From positions 608,001 through 672,000 of the forward strand of contig CAVTBR010000001.1 in assembly GCA_963733055.1 (NCBI GenBank): 64,000 nt of DNA. The letters are read 5' to 3'. Every line of letters begins with the position of its first letter. The stretch's first letter is position 1. Made by a program: the position numbers and the translations under genes. The notes under the pieces are model-generated. The model was not told the DNA's origin. It worked only from the letters and a program-made list of their open reading frames with translations, and did not search any database. The DNA is from Candidatus Bathyarchaeota archaeon. GTDB taxonomy: Archaea; Thermoproteota; Bathyarchaeia; 40CM-2-53-6. This document shows positions 37,601 to 47,294 of this stretch, piece by piece.

Positions 37601-39676
37601 TCAACACTTCTTTCTGTAGATCAGATTCACAAGTTCTGCTAGGCTGCGCACGTACCCGGAAAGGATGCGAGCTAAGATCATGGAAACTGTGACTTTCGGA
37701 GCTAAGGCCAAGCACCTACCTGAATCCAAGATTACAAGCTTTCTTCGGATTAGATTTGACAATGCTCTCTGAATATCAGCAGACGCGTAACCGAGATCGA
37801 CGAAGTGTTGAACGACGGCATCATATTTTCGAACATCGTCAGCATATCGGAAAATACTCGCATCCAACCCCTTTAAAACAGACAACGTTCGAGCGGCACC
37901 GCGGCGTGTGTCCCAAATCAGCACGCCTGCCCGTAAATCCAGTTTAGCCAACACCGGCGCTCCGAACATCGCTGGAACCGGAGCGCCAAGCAGAACAAGA
38001 AATGGCCTAGCAAACTTGTCAAGAAACGGACTGCGAAGTGCAGGCCACAGGGGAGGAAGCATTGAAGCTTCCCATTCATCTGAGACGTTCCATTCACGCA
38101 TCCAATTCAGAATTTCGTCTCCGAGCCCCGCAGCGTACTCTTCAGGATCTCTGGCGTCTTCGTAATCAAAGTCAAAGTAGTAGGCTAGGTCGTCCAATGT
38201 CTTGTCATCAGAAGCATAGATCAGACCATATGGGCGAGCTGCTCTCACGTTGCGAATGCCGAACTTTTTCTGAAGATTGAATAGAGGGCTAAACCGATCT
38301 AGATGAATCGAGCCGAACCGTCCAGGAGGTTGAAGGTGACACAAGAGAGGCACCAACAGTTTCATCCTCTCATATTCGGAAGGCTTCTCGCTTGGGAATC
38401 CAGCCAACCAGTTCCAATAAACGGCTATTCCCATTTCGCGACATGCCTTGAGCAACCAAATATTTTGTAGAGCTGTCACGCCTTTTCCCATTAAGTTCAA
38501 AGTATCATCGCTTAAGCTCTCGATGCCAGGCTGGATACCCCGAACTCCTGCAGCCTTCAATAGTCGGAGCTGCTCACGATTCAAATTTGACTTTATCTCA
38601 AAGAACAGATTCAGCTTCACACGTCTTCTGATTACTTCGGGAAAGAATGATTTGAAAAAGTCCAAGTTGAGAATGTTGTCAACAACTTGAAAGGTATGAG
38701 GGCCCCACTTTTGAAGGAGGTCGTCCAACTCCTTGAAGAGCCTGTCCGCAGTCTTCCCCCGATATTTCATGGTAAGTCCATTCAGGCCGCAAAAAGTGCA
38801 ATGAGATATCTCACCCCACCAGCATCCCCTGGAGGTTTCAATAGCGAGCCGTGGGCTCATGAGCTCTTCCAGATTCAAAGTTCGCAAATCTTGGAAGTAA
38901 TCCTCGAATTCTGGGACAGGGAGGTCATCCATATTTCTGACTGGAGGTGGAGTGGAGAACTGATCCAAGTGATCTCCGTTACGCCCGACTATGCCCGGAA
39001 CCTTCGCATTGTTCCCAGCTACAACTCCTTCCACAAAATCGAGGAAGACCTTGTCCCCTTCGCCGCAACATACGTAATCGATCCATGGGAACAATTTCAG
39101 CATACTGTACCCCATTATTCCTTCGCAGTTTGAACCTCCAAAAATCACAATCGGCGCACTTGCGCCTAACCTTTCCTTGATTCTCCTCGCGACTGCAAGA
39201 GAAGAGCAATTCTGGGAGAACATAGTTGAGAATCCCAAGATCTTGGGATGAACACGCGCGATTTCATCAACACAAGAGTTCACGAAAGCTTCCGCCATAT
39301 CTCTGGTTCGGATAAGGTCCGATCGTAGAGCTTCTTGAGATTCCTTGACGCGCTTTCGTGCATCTTTTGCGCGGTCAACGTTCTCCAACAGCGTTACTAA
39401 AGCCTCATCGTGTGCTTTCATCTCATGCGGATTCCCGAAACCAGAAGCCAATTGTGAGAATATCCATTCCCCAAGGAAGAATTCGCAATTTGAACTGAGA
39501 GCCAGATATCTTTGGATTCCAGTGGTTTTGGCGAATGCGAGGTTGTAGTAGGCAATCTTGCTTTCGATGCCGCGGGTTCTCAATCCTGCTTTGAGCAAGC
39601 TGAGACCGAGCGATGGATAGTTCGTATTCCCGAACGGCATGAAGGCTAACAGAACATCAACTTCACGCGGGGGCAT
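37601..39676 (-). CDS. Cobalamin-binding radical SAM methyltransferase, RiPP-maturation (TIGR03975-like) type
   Basis: MPF...PSLGLSLLKA, GEWIFS, GFSTMFSQN, GGSNCEG, GEGD, ETSRGCWWGEISHCTFCGLNG (Cx7Cx2C), QPGIESLS, DRFSP, YYFDFDY. Likely start 39676. Confidence 0.88.
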   Translation of the reverse strand: MPPREVDVLLAFMPFGNTNYPSLGLSLLKAGLRTRGIESKIAYYNLAFAKTTGIQRYLALSSNCEFFLGEWIFSQLASGFGNPHEMKAHDEALVTLLENVDRAKDARKRVKESQEALRSDLIRTRDMAEAFVNSCVDEIARVHPKILGFSTMFSQNCSSLAVARRIKERLGASAPIVIFGGSNCEGIMGYSMLKLFPWIDYVCCGEGDKVFLDFVEGVVAGNNAKVPGIVGRNGDHLDQFSTPPPVRNMDDLPVPEFEDYFQDLRTLNLEELMSPRLAIETSRGCWWGEISHCTFCGLNGLTMKYRGKTADRLFKELDDLLQKWGPHTFQVVDNILNLDFFKSFFPEVIRRRVKLNLFFEIKSNLNREQLRLLKAAGVRGIQPGIESLSDDTLNLMGKGVTALQNIWLLKACREMGIAVYWNWLAGFPSEKPSEYERMKLLVPLLCHLQPPGRFGSIHLDRFSPLFNLQKKFGIRNVRAARPYGLIYASDDKTLDDLAYYFDFDYEDARDPEEYAAGLGDEILNWMREWNVSDEWEASMLPPLWPALRSPFLDKFARPFLVLLGAPVPAMFGAPVLAKLDLRAGVLIWDTRRGAARTLSVLKGLDASIFRYADDVRKYDAVVQHFVDLGYASADIQRALSNLIRRKLVILDSGRCLALAPKVTVSMILARILSGYVRSLAELVNLIYRKKC

Positions 39677-39831
39677 GGGGCATCGACTCTGGGGACGGCT
39701 TTCGATAATTTTATGATTGTGCAAATCAGGAATCCAACTCCTGAGTTATCGCGTTGGGTCATTTCATTAGTCGAATAAACGCCCTCGTAGCAAGCCTCAT
39801 TCAATCCTGGCGGTGCATAGAATAGCTGTGC

Positions 39832-39849
39832 TCTCGCGGCCTCCTATCA
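39832..39849. repeat. 18-bp perfect direct repeat copy 2, upstream of the radical SAM gene
   Basis: Identical to 37385-37402. Confidence 0.9.
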
Positions 39850-39894
39850 CAATCATGGTCATAGTTCGGGACTAACGCGGGTTTCACCCCGATG

Positions 39895-41811
39895 TCACGT
39901 TGGTGACTGCAATCGACTAAACAACTCATCTGGTCCTATCCCATTGTAAAATAGGTTGTGCCAGATGGAGAACTCGACCACTGGAAGTAGAAGGGGCCAT
40001 GGGTCTTTTCCACGTCTCAGACAGTCCGTTATAGCACGTTTGACCTTGTCGGTATCAATCGGCGGGACCGTCATCGAATCTAGTAGGCGTAGCAGATATT
40101 CAGTGACCGCGTATCGCTTTTCTCTTCTCGTGGCCGAAATTCGATAGAGAGTCCACAATTTTGTCTTTTCCAAAATGAGGCGTAGCAGTAAGACTTTCCT
40201 GCATGCACCAATTTGGGAAAAATGTAGATTCGTGGATGGGATTTTCGATAGTTCAGGGAACAAGCGGTTGATGGTTTTGTAGAAGATATGTCGCCTCACC
40301 TTCGTGAGAGGGGGAATAGCGAGGGCGAATTCGGCTGACTCGTTGTCCAAGAAAGGCAAAACCGGTCTGGCTTTCGAACCTATGAGGTTGTTCGACAGAA
40401 GTGAAACACAATTCTTAGATCTGTTCGTTATGTGGAAGATTGTTACAGTGTTCTCATGCTGCCCAATGTGGGCAAGTTGTTCGACTAGTGAGTTAGAGTC
40501 TGGCATGATCTGATCGCGTATTGGATCATGAAAGAACTCCGCAATTCGACGCGCTGTTTCACCGTTTTTGTTCCCTACCCTTTCTCTCATATGCTCTCCT
40601 AGCGCCTCAACCAACTTGCTTTGGTTCTTGCTCCACTCCAGGCTGAGTTCTGTCGACCAGCTGGTCCCCCAGAGAACATCTCCTGCTAAACCATCAATAA
40701 CGTTCTCGCCTACTCCAAGCCTTGACACCAAAGGCATTAGTGCTAAGAGGTCCGTGGTCATTCCGTCCGAGAGAAATACCTTTTCGATGAGGTATTTCTG
40801 ATAGAGATCGCTCGGTATAGGGACGTACGTGTTTCTCACGCCAAGAGTCTTTGCTATTTCTCTTGCCAAAAAGACGTCGGAGGTGTACCAGAAATGCCAT
40901 GGGTAACTCAGCACGTGAAGATTTAGCGTTGTTAGAGTGTCGAAGTTTACTTTCGTAAAATTCCTGAGGGCGGCCGCGATACAAGGGGAGTCGTATCCTC
41001 CAGAAAGCAGAACTGTACAGTTACCAAGTTCTCTGAGCTGTCTGCGGAACGTCCGCTTGAGGACCTCGGCGCCTTTCTCGATGAAATATTTCTCACTATT
41101 GCAATGGTCGACCTTAACGTCCGTATAACGCCAATACTCTCTCACGTGGAAATCCGACTTTCTCACGGTTAGAACTACTGCGTTTGGCAGCGCATGGATA
41201 TTGCTAAAGGGCGTTTTCGTTCCGAGAATATAGCCATACGAAAAAATGTCACGCCAGGCACTCCAGTTAATTTCTTTCCGGATATTGGTGTCCTCGACTA
41301 CCGCTTTGACCTCAGAGGCAAACGTGAATGAAGGTTTCTCGTAGCAGTAGTACATTGACTTCATGCCAAATCTGTCATTTGCTAATGTTAGAGTTCTAGT
41401 TCGCGCGTCGAAGAGGACGATCGTGAATACTCCATTCAGTTCCTGTATCGATTTAACTCCCCATTCCTCAAACGCATGCAGGATCACTTCACCGTCGCTG
41501 TCGCGATGCCTGAACGTATGGCCGCGACGCATCAGTTCCCGTTTCATTCTTTCGTCAGCATGAATCCTACCGGCAAGGAATGCGAATTTGGTCTTCCCTT
41601 CGTTCCAGATTGGTTGAGTAACATGAAGGGGTCTCGTGAAGAGGCATCCTACTGCGATGCCCTCGAACGACACAATCTTGCTTTCAAGCACCTTATCGCG
41701 ATCGAGCGCTGACCTCATTTTTCTCAGTGACGCTCGCAATTCTTGATCCGTCCGAGTAGCGTCAAAGATTCCGAAGAGCTTCATTATGGGCGAATTAGCA
41801 CGTGACATCAA
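39895..41811 (-). CDS. Asparagine synthetase B-like amide ligase (N-terminal catalytic Cys absent)
   Basis: SDGEVILHAFEEWG, LNGVF, NDRFGMK, FASEVKA, LLSGGYDS, GLAGD, PFLDNE; N-terminus reads MKLFGIFD instead of MCGI. Confidence 0.85.
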   Translation of the reverse strand: MMSRANSPIMKLFGIFDATRTDQELRASLRKMRSALDRDKVLESKIVSFEGIAVGCLFTRPLHVTQPIWNEGKTKFAFLAGRIHADERMKRELMRRGHTFRHRDSDGEVILHAFEEWGVKSIQELNGVFTIVLFDARTRTLTLANDRFGMKSMYYCYEKPSFTFASEVKAVVEDTNIRKEINWSAWRDIFSYGYILGTKTPFSNIHALPNAVVLTVRKSDFHVREYWRYTDVKVDHCNSEKYFIEKGAEVLKRTFRRQLRELGNCTVLLSGGYDSPCIAAALRNFTKVNFDTLTTLNLHVLSYPWHFWYTSDVFLAREIAKTLGVRNTYVPIPSDLYQKYLIEKVFLSDGMTTDLLALMPLVSRLGVGENVIDGLAGDVLWGTSWSTELSLEWSKNQSKLVEALGEHMRERVGNKNGETARRIAEFFHDPIRDQIMPDSNSLVEQLAHIGQHENTVTIFHITNRSKNCVSLLSNNLIGSKARPVLPFLDNESAEFALAIPPLTKVRRHIFYKTINRLFPELSKIPSTNLHFSQIGACRKVLLLRLILEKTKLWTLYRISATRREKRYAVTEYLLRLLDSMTVPPIDTDKVKRAITDCLRRGKDPWPLLLPVVEFSIWHNLFYNGIGPDELFSRLQSPT

Positions 41812-41950
41812 TTGGGGTCTCCGTTGAAAAGTAGCTCTAGTTCGAAGGGAAATCGATCTTCTTGCTCTTATTCAGTCTTTCAGAATGTGATTGAGTCCTG
41901 TGGTTCCAACATGCAACCAGTGTCGAAAGATCCGAGCGAATGAGGGGATC

Positions 41951-43192
41951 TCAACGATTCTTCCGTAAGGTTTCCGCTAGTGCATCCGCCAATAGTGTTT
42001 CACGTTTCTCTTGAAGCTGGTTTAGTGTGCTCATGGCAAAACGTCTTGCGGTTGGGGTTGCTAGGTTGATGGTGCGGACTAATTCGGGAGTGAGGGCATT
42101 CGGAAATGTCTTGAACTGGGGTAGGCTACCTGCCAAGTATAGTTCAATCATGGTTCGGATGCATTTCTCACATTTGCAACAATTGTAGGCTCTATCTCTC
42201 ATCTCCCAGCACACCCGCAAATGATCTCTCGCAAGACTCAACTCGGCTATGGTTCGTACCTTCTCAAGCCGGTAACGATGGGATCCATGATTGATGAAGG
42301 AGGTTTGTTCAGTCGACCAGAGAGGGTCGAGATCCGGGTGAGACCCCCAAGGGAATAGCCCCCTCGGACCCATTTCAGTAGTAGCGGTGCTTGATGGAAT
42401 GTATATCGTACGGAAGATACCTCCCAGAACGAGACCGACGCTTGCTAGAATCGCCCCGAAGTACATGTCCCAGCTCAGTAATTGATCGGACATCCGTGTG
42501 TAGTACGCCTGCTTGATGGTCGCAGTCGTTTTGGCAACCTGTTTAACGTACGCGCCAATTTTGGTTAACTGTCTTCCTTCTGTAACGGTCTTGATGACCT
42601 GTCCGGTTACCGCTAGTTTGAGAAGTTGTTTGGCGTTCGTGGCAACTTTGATGACTTTTGCATCGCATCTATTGCCCACATCTTTCCCCATGGAATATAC
42701 TCTGTCAAAGAAAGCCACATCTCTAAGCGGGATGTCAAAACCATGGATTAGAATGAGGTGACTGATTCGTCCGGCCGAGTTGGGCTGTTCAAGGAGCTTC
42801 GCATTAAGCGTGTAGAACGAGTCCACCCCCCCGGAGAAGAACTGCCCAACCGACATCGGCGCGGCCGTCCTCAAACTCTCACGCCCGTTAGTATCGACCC
42901 TCACAGTCCGAAACCGATGATTCCAACCATGGTACACGGCCATAATTCTCGGCAAGGTTGCGAGAAGCTTACGAGAGGCAGGGGCATCCACTTTCAGATT
43001 CTCATGGAGCCGCATTGAAGGAAGCAGGAGCGCGGCGATGAACGGATTTGCCGACACTCGCAGATAATTAGCCACTTCAAGAGGAAGACGAAAGAATAGT
43101 CGAAAAGTCTTTGGAAAGGAATCCATCCGCACATTCCCTGACAATTCGCATTCGTGAGACCCCTGCCTAACTGCTATGTTAGTTACCTGCAT
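41951..43192 (-). CDS. Uncharacterised PP-loop (adenine nucleotide alpha-hydrolase) protein with QueC-like Cys cluster
   Basis: FFSGGVDSFYT, HGFDI, WGSHPDLDPLWS, RVCW-x8-CCKCEKCIRTM (Cx9Cx2Cx2C). Confidence 0.78.
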   Translation of the reverse strand: MQVTNIAVRQGSHECELSGNVRMDSFPKTFRLFFRLPLEVANYLRVSANPFIAALLLPSMRLHENLKVDAPASRKLLATLPRIMAVYHGWNHRFRTVRVDTNGRESLRTAAPMSVGQFFSGGVDSFYTLNAKLLEQPNSAGRISHLILIHGFDIPLRDVAFFDRVYSMGKDVGNRCDAKVIKVATNAKQLLKLAVTGQVIKTVTEGRQLTKIGAYVKQVAKTTATIKQAYYTRMSDQLLSWDMYFGAILASVGLVLGGIFRTIYIPSSTATTEMGPRGLFPWGSHPDLDPLWSTEQTSFINHGSHRYRLEKVRTIAELSLARDHLRVCWEMRDRAYNCCKCEKCIRTMIELYLAGSLPQFKTFPNALTPELVRTINLATPTARRFAMSTLNQLQEKRETLLADALAETLRKNR

Positions 43193-43334
43193 TCAGCCAT
43201 TGCCTACGTGGATTCTTGATTTATTGAAATACCACAGTAATAATTCGAGCTAATATCTACTTACTGCATCGATTACTGATGAGGCGCATAGAGAAGAACC
43301 CTCTCTTTGGGATGTTTTGACGCTCGCCGGGTAA

Positions 43335-44132
43335 TTGATAGGTAGTGAACACGATGCCAGAGATGCCGATCACGGTAATGGTTTTGTTGTTAAGCCTCCA
43401 ATGCGGTCGGAAGGCATTCCAATGAAAATCTCTAGGTCTAAACGTTACTTTCTAGCAACGTCGTCACAAGGCACTTGGGCTGATGACGTTGAGAAGGGTC
43501 CTTCTTCACCTGCTGCACTATCTCGCATCTACATGATGAGAACGATGAAGCCGCGTGGGAAAGTCTGCGCTTCACTTTGCTGCGGCTTGGGACGTTTCCT
43601 GCGGGACTATTATGTGAATGGCGCGAAAGAAGTCGTCGGAGTAGATTTGAACATTAATAACCTGAAGATTTGCAAGAAGACGGGAGCGGACTTAGTTCGT
43701 GCAGATCTTGAGGACTTACCGATCAGGGATCGCGTAATTGATTGTGCAGAATGCGTTGCCGTTATGGGGCATCTAGAGAACCCAAGTAAGGCTGCAAAAG
43801 AGATACGCAGAGTTATCAGTAGCACAGGCGTTACGTTCATCAGTTGGAACAATTACAACTGGACAAGGGTTTTCTTTCAGCCTGAAATCAGGTTGAGGCT
43901 TCTTCTCGCTGCGAGAGACATTATTTGTGATATGCTCCCACGATCAGCCGTTAAGTTGATGGTGAAAAATAGATTCCTGAAACTCCCGATGCTTCACTAT
44001 GGACTTTTTCGATATAAGGGATTTTCGTACCGTTATATCAAGAGAATTTACCAAGAAGCTAGGATGCGAATAGTTTCCTCAAACTGGCTGACCGACCAAG
44101 GCGTGATCCTCGTCGAGAGCGTCAGAACGTAA
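43335..44132 (+). CDS. Class I SAM-dependent methyltransferase (Methyltransf_11-like)
   Basis: SLCCGLGRF, VVGVDLN, ADLEDLPIRD..ID, HLENP...KEIRRV; start uncertain. Confidence 0.8.
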   Translation: MIGSEHDARDADHGNGFVVKPPMRSEGIPMKISRSKRYFLATSSQGTWADDVEKGPSSPAALSRIYMMRTMKPRGKVCASLCCGLGRFLRDYYVNGAKEVVGVDLNINNLKICKKTGADLVRADLEDLPIRDRVIDCAECVAVMGHLENPSKAAKEIRRVISSTGVTFISWNNYNWTRVFFQPEIRLRLLLAARDIICDMLPRSAVKLMVKNRFLKLPMLHYGLFRYKGFSYRYIKRIYQEARMRIVSSNWLTDQGVILVESVRT

Positions 44133-44205
44133 TAAAGGACTATTGATGGACAAGAGTTTGATCGAAGGCCGCAACTAACCTAAGCAGTTGAACTTTTTTC
44201 AGCTC

Positions 44206-45321
44206 TCATAATCTATCTATTGCTTTTAGCCATAATTTCATTTTACTGATCTGGAATTTCATAAACTTCCGATGAGGCTTGAACCTGAATTTGTCCAAGT
44301 TGTTTTCTAGACCATCTATCAACTCTGAGTAGCATTGGAAGTATCCATCACCTTCAAGTCGAATTGAATCTATTATCCTCCAAAGAGACTCGTTAATGAT
44401 CATCCCCTCAAACTCCGCACGCATATCGTTGAATATATTTCGAGGCGTCTTATCATGGAAGACAACCGGTCTCCCCAGCGACAAGGCGTCTCCGAGATGG
44501 TCCGCTATCTTCTTTAGAAAAATGCCCGACCATATATCGTCAAATCGATCCACGCCCAAATGCTTCATGTAGAGTTGGTAGTAGCTAGGAACTATTTCCC
44601 TACGAATAGAAGTATTCATACTGCAAACGGCGAAGTATGTTCCTCTTCCAGGAATCAGCTTTGTTACCTTAGCGCCCTCTGATCCTATTCTAGGCCGTCC
44701 GTCTAAGCAACCCATTGCGAAGAGTGTCAATGCATCAAAGTCTGGACAGCCACTCCATAGCCCCATATTCAATACGCATTGAGAGGGTTCTCGTTTCCAA
44801 GTATAGCCTCGACTTCGTGTAACTGAACTGTAAGGATGCCCCCTCGCGAACAACGTGTCACTGCCATTAATTTCAAGGGCATCGATAGTGTTGTACCACT
44901 TGGACCTGGAGTGAAGGGTCACTCCTGTATTGCTAAAGAGGTTCCCAATGTGCCTCTCCGCGAAATGTTCGTGGCCTATCGGTTTGACATCATCGTCAAG
45001 TTCGATGATGACGTCTGCTTGATCCTCCCAAGCTACCAGGAATCCGAAACTGGTCTCAGCGTGACACTTCTGTGGTATGACGGACAAGTATCTTCTATAC
45101 GCGGAACCAAATCTTTTCTTGAACCAGTTTAATCTCTCCCTGGGTCCGTAGAATTCGATATTCACGTGTTTCAAGAGGTCGCGGTTCTTGGTTCGAATCT
45201 TATAGTTACCCTCATCAACTACGATTACATTAGTTGCATGAGTGTTCTGTGCGAGTTGACTCCTGAGCCGACTCAGATTCGATAGTTCATTGATCGATGC
45301 GACTACAAAACATGTTCTCAG
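44206..45321 (-). CDS. Reversibly glycosylated polypeptide / UDP-arabinopyranose mutase-like protein (GT75)
   Basis: SFGFLVA..IIELDDD, RGHPYS, GLWSGCPDFDA, AVCSMN, RFDDIWSGIFLKKIADHLG. Frame stays open 49 codons upstream of the called TTG, to a CTG at 45321. Confidence 0.8.
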   Translation of the reverse strand: MRTCFVVASINELSNLSRLRSQLAQNTHATNVIVVDEGNYKIRTKNRDLLKHVNIEFYGPRERLNWFKKRFGSAYRRYLSVIPQKCHAETSFGFLVAWEDQADVIIELDDDVKPIGHEHFAERHIGNLFSNTGVTLHSRSKWYNTIDALEINGSDTLFARGHPYSSVTRSRGYTWKREPSQCVLNMGLWSGCPDFDALTLFAMGCLDGRPRIGSEGAKVTKLIPGRGTYFAVCSMNTSIRREIVPSYYQLYMKHLGVDRFDDIWSGIFLKKIADHLGDALSLGRPVVFHDKTPRNIFNDMRAEFEGMIINESLWRIIDSIRLEGDGYFQCYSELIDGLENNLDKFRFKPHRKFMKFQISKMKLWLKAIDRL

Positions 45322-45450
45322 AATGGCACATCCCCATATGTATTTGGGTGGGTCTCATCGTTGATCATGTCCGGGTACTGATCAAGCAAGATTGACCGTT
45401 CGAACTTGCATGGCCTTCGTTAATGGTGGTGAGCTCACAGCTTTATCAAG

Positions 45451-46530
45451 TCAGGGCAGGCTTTTGAAGAAACTCTCCATTTGGTTAACTGGGTTCTCCC
45501 ATCGGAATTTGGCAGCCGTCACTATTCCACCTTCCCTGAGGTCGCGGGAAAGGTCATGATCCTTGTGCAAAGTTAGAATTGCAGATGCCAGTTCTTTTGG
45601 ATTGCGTGGAGGCACGATTAAACAATTCTTCGTGTTGATGGCATAATCCTCGGTGCCTACTGGTGTACAGATCACGGGTGCCCCGCAGGCCATCGCCTCA
45701 AGAGGAGGGAGAGGGAAACTCTCATGCCAAGAGGGCGTCACCGCCACATCTGCTGAGGAGTATAATTTGGCCAACTCCACATCTTCGATCCCGGCCAAGT
45801 ACTCGAATGGGACCGGTGCCGAAATGGTCGGCTCGTTGCCATAGAGGATGAGCTTCAATCCAGGAATCTCACGCCTAACTAGCAGGGCGGCATCAAACAG
45901 ATCCCTCAGACCCTTCCAAGGTATCGTCTTTCCAAGCGCCACAACACGAAACTCGTCGTCACCGCGTTTCGAGGGTATTGGCCGAAAGATTTCTTGGTCT
46001 ATTCCGGGATAAATGACCGTAATTGGGTCGTTATAACGTTCTAGCTTGGACTTGAGCCAAGAGCAATTCGCGATCTTCCTCAGAGGAAGACTGTACGTTT
46101 CCTCAGCAATTTTTTTCATACCCTTATTCTCAAGGACGAGCGGTGCATAATGTTGTGCATAATAGACACCTGTACCTATTCCTGCACGAGTTACAGCAAA
46201 AGCTGTCATGCAATATGTGCCAACTACGATGTCGGACTCTGGGATTTCTCTGGCCAGTCGATTCGCATATCTGACAGTGTAGCGGGGGAGTCCCATTTTC
46301 TTTAGGTACCGATTGGCCGCAGCAGCAAACAAGTTGAAGGGCGCGTAATGAAACCTGACGTTCTCAGGAAATTTGAACCATGTGTGGCTCCGGCAATTGG
46401 GGTCATTTCTATACCGAACTGTCACAATATCAACAACATGGCCTTTCTTAGCGAGTCTACTTGCAAATTCAAAAATGACTTTGGTACCACCAGTTCTCAC
46501 GGTTGACATCATTACATAGCAAATACGCAA
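45451..46530 (-). CDS. GT4 glycosyltransferase (WsaF/WbaZ-like)
   Basis: TGGTKVIFE, YYAQHY, WKG, ESFPLPPLEAMACG; likely TTG start 46530. Confidence 0.9.
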   Translation of the reverse strand: MRICYVMMSTVRTGGTKVIFEFASRLAKKGHVVDIVTVRYRNDPNCRSHTWFKFPENVRFHYAPFNLFAAAANRYLKKMGLPRYTVRYANRLAREIPESDIVVGTYCMTAFAVTRAGIGTGVYYAQHYAPLVLENKGMKKIAEETYSLPLRKIANCSWLKSKLERYNDPITVIYPGIDQEIFRPIPSKRGDDEFRVVALGKTIPWKGLRDLFDAALLVRREIPGLKLILYGNEPTISAPVPFEYLAGIEDVELAKLYSSADVAVTPSWHESFPLPPLEAMACGAPVICTPVGTEDYAINTKNCLIVPPRNPKELASAILTLHKDHDLSRDLREGGIVTAAKFRWENPVNQMESFFKSLP

Positions 46531-46766
46531 AGAGAGGCGCCTGCTGAGACAGCGAACAACTACAGGGTCACGAGTAATCAATTCTTCGGAGATCCTCCCA
46601 CTTCCATCTGAAATGTTTGTTGAAGAGACCCATCATGCGTGCATATCGATTCATTCCCAGAATCTTCTTAGCTGAGAGAGAATTTGCAGAAATGATTGTC
46701 AAAGTAATGGGCTGGCGCCCTTGGAAGGGAGCTACACCTACTTATGATGATTAAAGTTGACTTGAA

Positions 46767-47183
46767 TTGAAGACACTGGTCATAGACATTGACGATACGT
46801 TGATAATCTCGCCGCTACCTTGTCGATTCTTTTGGTTGCTCGCCAGCTTTTTCCAGAAGATCGCCCTCAGACTTCAGAAGGCCAACATGAAACTTGTTCG
46901 CCTATTTGACAGGTATGACAAAGTAATCATCTTGACCGGAAGGGACATAACGGACTCGAAATCCACGAACCGACAACTGGATCAATTGGGCATTCACTTC
47001 GATCGAACCATATTTTGTCCACGCAGTAACTTGGTTGGCCAATGGAAGCTTTCAGTAGTTCATGAGTTGGCCCGAAGGGATGGCGATGACATATGGTGGA
47101 TAGACGATCAACTTGGCAAGAGTATCCCAACTGACGATTTGCCGTATGGCCGTTTTCACACTTTGTCTTTTGATCCCTCATGA
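46767..47183 (+). CDS. Small HAD-superfamily protein (capless phosphatase-like)
   Basis: VIDIDDTL (DxD), ILTGR, conserved K, WIDD. Confidence 0.72.
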   Translation: MKTLVIDIDDTLIISPLPCRFFWLLASFFQKIALRLQKANMKLVRLFDRYDKVIILTGRDITDSKSTNRQLDQLGIHFDRTIFCPRSNLVGQWKLSVVHELARRDGDDIWWIDDQLGKSIPTDDLPYGRFHTLSFDPS

Positions 47184-47294
47184 GGGAGCCAGCGCAACAA
47201 AGTACTTCATTTAGGCCGATCGAAGAACCTCTTCTCTGGGATGCTGCAGAACCGATTCGGGGGGGTAAAGAGACCGCGACCTATTTCGGTGGCG

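Noticed and set aside
39895-41811. Lasso-peptide cyclase interpretation of the AsnB homolog
   Set aside because: No PqqD/B1, transglutaminase-like B2 or TxG-type precursor in the window; the glycan context fits an amide ligase better
46566-46705. Short minus-strand frame (TIISANSLSAKKILGMNRYARM...) as a GT4 N-terminal relic
   Set aside because: Similarity rests on a few residues and cannot be supported without a search
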